Of a stretch of 64,000 nt of DNA, positions 58,338 to 64,000 are shown piece after piece; position 1 is the first letter of the stretch, and every line of letters begins with the position of its first letter. The DNA lies in assembly GCF_013315695.1 (NCBI RefSeq), contig NZ_CP054353.1. The stretch is one strand, 5' to 3'. The translations under genes and the position numbers were made by a program. Source of the stretch: Escherichia coli (GTDB taxonomy: Bacteria; Pseudomonadota; Gammaproteobacteria; Enterobacterales; Enterobacteriaceae). Below the pieces are notes generated by a model. The model was not told where the DNA came from. It ran no database searches and saw nothing but the letters and a program-made list of their open reading frames with translations.

Positions 58338-59312
58338 TTAATGGATGCCGCCAATGCGGCTTAAGCGCACACCTGTCGGCCATTCGCCTTCTTGCTTATC
58401 GAAGCTCATCCAGATAGCCGTTGCCCGACCGACCAGATTCGCTTCCGGCACTAAGCCCCAGTAACGGCTGTCCGCGCTGTTGTCGCGGTTGTCACCCATC
58501 ATGAAGTATTGTCCCGGCGGAACAATCCAGGTTGCCAGTTGTTGCCCTGGCTGCTGGTAATACATCCCCACCTGGTCCTGCGCAATCGGCACTGTCAGAA
58601 TACGATGCGTCACATCACCCAGTGTCTCTTTACGCTCGGAAAGACGAATTCCATTTTCTTTGGTTTCGTTTTTCGGCACTTCAAAGAATCCGCTGGTCGC
58701 TTCCCCACCATTACGGCGTGAGAAGGTCTGAACGAAATCGCTCGGTTCCACGTTGGAGTAGGTGACCGGCAGCGCGTTTTCACATGCCTGGCCGGAACTG
58801 CATCCCGGTTGAATCGTCAGCTCTTTCGAGACCGGATCATAAGTGACTTTATCGCCCGGTAAACCCACCGCGCGCTTGATGTAATCAAGCTTTGGATCTT
58901 CCGGATATTTAAAGACCACGATATCGCCGCGTTTCGGATGACCGGTTTCGATCAGCGTTTTCTGGTAGATAGGATCTTTAATGCCATAAGCAAACTTCTC
59001 TACCAGAATAAAATCACCGATTAACAGAGTCGGCATCATCGAACCTGACGGGATCTGGAACGGTTCATAAATAAACGAACGCACAATCAATACGATAGCC
59101 AGTACCGGAAAAACAGAAGCACCGGTTTCCAGCCAGCCAGGCTTCGGCGCAACCTTTTTCAGTGTTGCTTTATCCAGTGAATCCCCGGCAGCAGCTTGCG
59201 CCGCTGCCTGACGTTCCCGTCGTTTAGGTGCGAAAAAGAATTTATCCACGCACCATAAAATGCCCGTCACCAGTGTGGCAATCACCAGAATCAGGGCAAA
59301 CATATTCGCCAT
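58338..59312 (-). CDS. lepB: Signal peptidase I, 324 aa
   Basis: Catalytic serine box SGSMMPTL; two N-terminal transmembrane segments. Confidence 0.96.
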   Translation of the reverse strand: MANMFALILVIATLVTGILWCVDKFFFAPKRRERQAAAQAAAGDSLDKATLKKVAPKPGWLETGASVFPVLAIVLIVRSFIYEPFQIPSGSMMPTLLIGDFILVEKFAYGIKDPIYQKTLIETGHPKRGDIVVFKYPEDPKLDYIKRAVGLPGDKVTYDPVSKELTIQPGCSSGQACENALPVTYSNVEPSDFVQTFSRRNGGEATSGFFEVPKNETKENGIRLSERKETLGDVTHRILTVPIAQDQVGMYYQQPGQQLATWIVPPGQYFMMGDNRDNSADSRYWGLVPEANLVGRATAIWMSFDKQEGEWPTGVRLSRIGGIH

Positions 59313-59327
59313 GCCAACTCCTAAGGG

Positions 59328-61127
<1,800 letters not shown>

Positions 61128-61324
61128 AAAGTATGATTATTGTGCCTTAATGCCCGGTTAACCAGGCTTTTAGAAGTCGCTGTTCTGAGCTTAACGTCTG
61201 TATTAATAGAAACGCCGCATTCTACACTACAACATTGAGGCGAGGAAATGTTCATACCGTATGGATTGTGGTATCTGGAAACGTCCTCGCATTTGTTATG
61301 CAAAATGCAACAAAGCCAGTGAAA

Positions 61325-61804
61325 TCACTGGCTCGCGTCTTCCGAAGATGTTTCAAATCGCACAAGGCCAGGCGGCAAGGCCACGCTTAAGATGATCGGT
61401 TGCCATTCTGCCCGGGCAGCAAACTTACGCGAGTAGCCACGTGCAATCAGGAATCCACCAACGCCACCGAGAATCGCACCGCATAATGCTGCAATATCTG
61501 AAGCAAAGAGTAGCTGAAATAGTGAAGCGATGAGGAATAGTCCCACCAACGGCGACATATAAACCAGTAATGCGGAGCTAAGCAGGCTGCCTTCGGCGAT
61601 TCCTAATTCTACTTTTTGCCCCGGCACTAACGGTTCATCACAGGGTACGACAATGGTATGCGTAGTTTGCGGGCCAAGTTTATTCAACACGCGGCTACCG
61701 CAACCGGCGCGTGAAGCGCAGCTGCTGCATGAGGCTTTAACATCACAACTAACCAGCGCCTGCCCGTTTTCCCAGGAGACGACGGTAGCCCACTCTTTGA
61801 TCAT
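61325..61804 (-). CDS. rseC: SoxR-reducing system / sigma-E regulatory protein RseC, 159 aa
   Basis: Synteny downstream of rseB; 4-bp overlap. Confidence 0.92.
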   Translation of the reverse strand: MIKEWATVVSWENGQALVSCDVKASCSSCASRAGCGSRVLNKLGPQTTHTIVVPCDEPLVPGQKVELGIAEGSLLSSALLVYMSPLVGLFLIASLFQLLFASDIAALCGAILGGVGGFLIARGYSRKFAARAEWQPIILSVALPPGLVRFETSSEDASQ

Positions 61805-62757
61805 TGCGCTGCCCCGAACTTAATATTCTCGGCAATGCGTTTCGCCGTTTGCGGCGGCAGTTCACCGACAATGGTGATTTCGGCGTTATCACGTACGCTT
61901 GTACTGACGGTTCTGCGTCCGGTGCGCAACATCTGATCGGTGCTCGATGGCGTAGCGCGGTTAACGTTTACCGAAAAGCTGAATAATCCGTCGGAATAGA
62001 GACGTGATTCGATAGGCATGTTGTCCATCGTCGGTAGCGGACGTCGACTACTGGAAACTTCGCTAAAACCCTGTGGCAACCAGGTTGGCGTCCAGCTGAA
62101 TTTAGCTTTTTCACCTACAGGAACAGAAAGCAACGGCGGCAAATTTGCCTTCGCCAGCGTCTGCATACTGCTGCTGATATCCTGATTGACATTAAAAGCA
62201 ATCACGCGAAATTGTTCCAGCGTTTCACCATCGCGATCAAGGAGATCAACCCTCATCGGTAATTTCGATTCGGTGTCCATCCACACGATGTAGCTGTAGC
62301 GTGTACCATCTCGGGCAACCACGCGAATAACTTCGCAAAGACGATCAGCAATACGCGTGCGCCCGACGGAGATAAAGTCGTAGTAAGGAGAAAGGCGTTT
62401 GAAATCGGTATAGATGAGCGATGGCAGAGAATCAACAATGTAATCGCCATTAAGCGTGAACGGTTCAAGTCCCGGTTCAAAATAGCTGATCTCATTGCCG
62501 CGCTGTACCACTTCCCGGCGCGGGCCATCCATTTGCAACAATTGTGCAAGAGGACGGTTATCGAGGCGTGCATGTCGATAACGCAGAGACTCAACACCCT
62601 GTTTATTGATGCTGATGAATGACAGCTCGTAATTCAGTGACTGACTGGCCAGGTTCATCTGCTGTAATAACGCCCCGGACGCGGGAGTGGCCGAGGCGTT
62701 AGCAGAGAATAACAGGCTACCTGTCACTAATGACATGGCAAACCAAAGTTGCTTCAT
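61801..62757 (-). CDS. rseB: Sigma-E regulatory periplasmic protein RseB, 318 aa
   Basis: Signal peptide MKQLWFAMSLVTGSLLFSANASA. Confidence 0.95.
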   Translation of the reverse strand: MKQLWFAMSLVTGSLLFSANASATPASGALLQQMNLASQSLNYELSFISINKQGVESLRYRHARLDNRPLAQLLQMDGPRREVVQRGNEISYFEPGLEPFTLNGDYIVDSLPSLIYTDFKRLSPYYDFISVGRTRIADRLCEVIRVVARDGTRYSYIVWMDTESKLPMRVDLLDRDGETLEQFRVIAFNVNQDISSSMQTLAKANLPPLLSVPVGEKAKFSWTPTWLPQGFSEVSSSRRPLPTMDNMPIESRLYSDGLFSFSVNVNRATPSSTDQMLRTGRRTVSTSVRDNAEITIVGELPPQTAKRIAENIKFGAAQ

Positions 62758-63407
62758 TACTGCGATTGCGTTCCTAAAGTTTGAATTCCTGGCACCTGTA
62801 CAGCGGCTTGCTGAGTTTGCGCCTGCTCAAACTGAAGCTGTTCAGAGTGGAGTCGGCGTTGCAGTTCGTAATCCTGCAACATTGCATTAATGCGACGACG
62901 CTGCTCCTGTACCTGCTGCTGTTGACCATTGTTTGCGGTCGCTTCAGAAGGTACTCCCAGGCTTACCGGGCTGGCTTTACCCATCATCGGCAGTGTATTA
63001 AATACCGGCGTTTCGGGCTGCTGGGACGTTTCAGATTGTCCATTATAGTGCTGGACGCCAACGATAACTGCAAGCGATACGCATGCGGCTACGCCCATTT
63101 GGGTAAGCTGTGCCGCCCACGGACGTACTTTCTGCCAGAATGGCATTTTCTGCCATTGATGCGGCGCAGGCTGGGCTTCCGGGATCAATGTCGCCGGTTG
63201 ACGTACTGGCTCTTCTTCAATGGCGGCCATCACGCGTGAAGAGATATCGAAATGGAGCACCTCGGGAGTATCACCCCGCATTGAGTCACGGATTAAGTGA
63301 TAGTTTTCCCAGGTTTTCTGCATTTCTGGGTTATGAGCCAGTTCGTTAAGCAGCTCACTATCCAGCGTTTCGCCATCCATTAAAGCGGAAAGTTGTTCTT
63401 TCTGCAT
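62757..63407 (-). CDS. rseA: Anti-sigma-E factor RseA, 216 aa
   Basis: ATG at 63407 gives MQKEQLSALMDGETLD...; single transmembrane segment. Confidence 0.95.
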   Translation of the reverse strand: MQKEQLSALMDGETLDSELLNELAHNPEMQKTWENYHLIRDSMRGDTPEVLHFDISSRVMAAIEEEPVRQPATLIPEAQPAPHQWQKMPFWQKVRPWAAQLTQMGVAACVSLAVIVGVQHYNGQSETSQQPETPVFNTLPMMGKASPVSLGVPSEATANNGQQQQVQEQRRRINAMLQDYELQRRLHSEQLQFEQAQTQQAAVQVPGIQTLGTQSQ

Positions 63408-63439
63408 GCCTAATACCCTTATCCAGTATCCCGCTATCG

Positions 63440-64000
63440 TCAACGCCTGATAAGCGGTTGAACTTTGTTATCAATAGCTTCCCTCGCTCGGAAGATACGT
63501 GAACGCACCGTACCTACCGGACAATCCATGATAGCGGCTATCTCTTCATAGCTCAGGCCATCCAGCTCCCGCAAGGTTATTGCCATGCGTAAATCTTCCG
63601 GGAGGGACTCAATAGTTCGGAAAACTATCTGTCTCAGTTCTTCTGACAACATTAAGTTCTCAGGGTTCGAAATTTCTTTCAACGCGCCGCCACTTTCGAA
63701 GTTTTCAGCTTCAATGGCATCCACATCACTGGAAGGTGGACGACGCCCCTGAGCAACCAGGTAATTTTTCGCTGTATTTACAGCAATCCGATACAGCCAT
63801 GTATAAAAAGCGCTATCTCCCCGGAACGAATCCAGCGCACGATAGGCTTTAATAAAAGCTTCTTGTACCACATCGGGAACATCACCCGACGGCACATAGC
63901 GGGAAACCAGACTCGCCACTTTATGCTGATAGCGCACTACCAGTAAGTTAAAGGCTTTCTGATCTCCCTTCTGGACCCGTTCAACCAGGACCTGGTCCGT
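63440..64000 (-). CDS. rpoE: RNA polymerase sigma-E factor; N-terminal few codons lie beyond the window end
   Basis: Frame open to the window edge; sigma-70 region 2 and region 4 motifs (…YRIAVNTAKNY…, …LSYEEIAAIMDCPVGTVRSRI…). Confidence 0.93.
   Translation of the reverse strand, partial: TDQVLVERVQKGDQKAFNLLVVRYQHKVASLVSRYVPSGDVPDVVQEAFIKAYRALDSFRGDSAFYTWLYRIAVNTAKNYLVAQGRRPPSSDVDAIEAENFESGGALKEISNPENLMLSEELRQIVFRTIESLPEDLRMAITLRELDGLSYEEIAAIMDCPVGTVRSRIFRAREAIDNKVQPLIRR

Overview
This window is a contiguous enterobacterial chromosomal segment that I recognise, from gene content and order, as the Escherichia coli yfhM-sseA-sseB-pepB-isc-hsc-fdx-trmJ-suhB-yfhR-csiE-hca-yph-glyA-hmp-glnB-glrR-qseG-glrK-glmY-purL-mltF-tadA-pgpC-yfhH-yfhL-shoB/ohsC-acpS-pdxJ-recO-era-rnc-lepB-lepA-rseCBA-rpoE region (K-12-like backbone). 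All calls are from reading the sequence and the supplied ORF track; no database search was run. About 55 protein-coding genes appear intact and colinear with the K-12 order; yfhM and rpoE are cut by the window edges. Where the longest ORF is longer than the protein I recall, I moved the start to an internal ATG/TTG with a plausible ribosome-binding site; these starts are inferences. The only content I do not recall at these positions in K-12 is two IS1 elements (6038-6805 plus strand, 26296-27063 minus strand) with identical insA/insB translations. Each has its own 9-bp target-site duplication, so they are two independent insertions, and in inverted orientation they bracket about 19.5 kb carrying the whole Fe-S cluster biogenesis system, suhB and the hca operon. 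One IS1 sits in the sseA-sseB (ryfA) intergenic region; the other lies 21 bp upstream of the yphA start codon. Other points of interest are a hydrophobic small ORF inside the ryfA locus, the shoB/ohsC type I toxin-antitoxin pair, glmY with a sigma54 promoter and three TGTC-N10-GACA boxes, the poorly characterised yphA-yphH sugar-utilisation-like cluster, and an unlisted 65-aa two-helix ORF between yphH and glyA. No tRNA, rRNA, CRISPR array, integrase or prophage signal was seen. I found no clearly novel multi-gene system beyond these.
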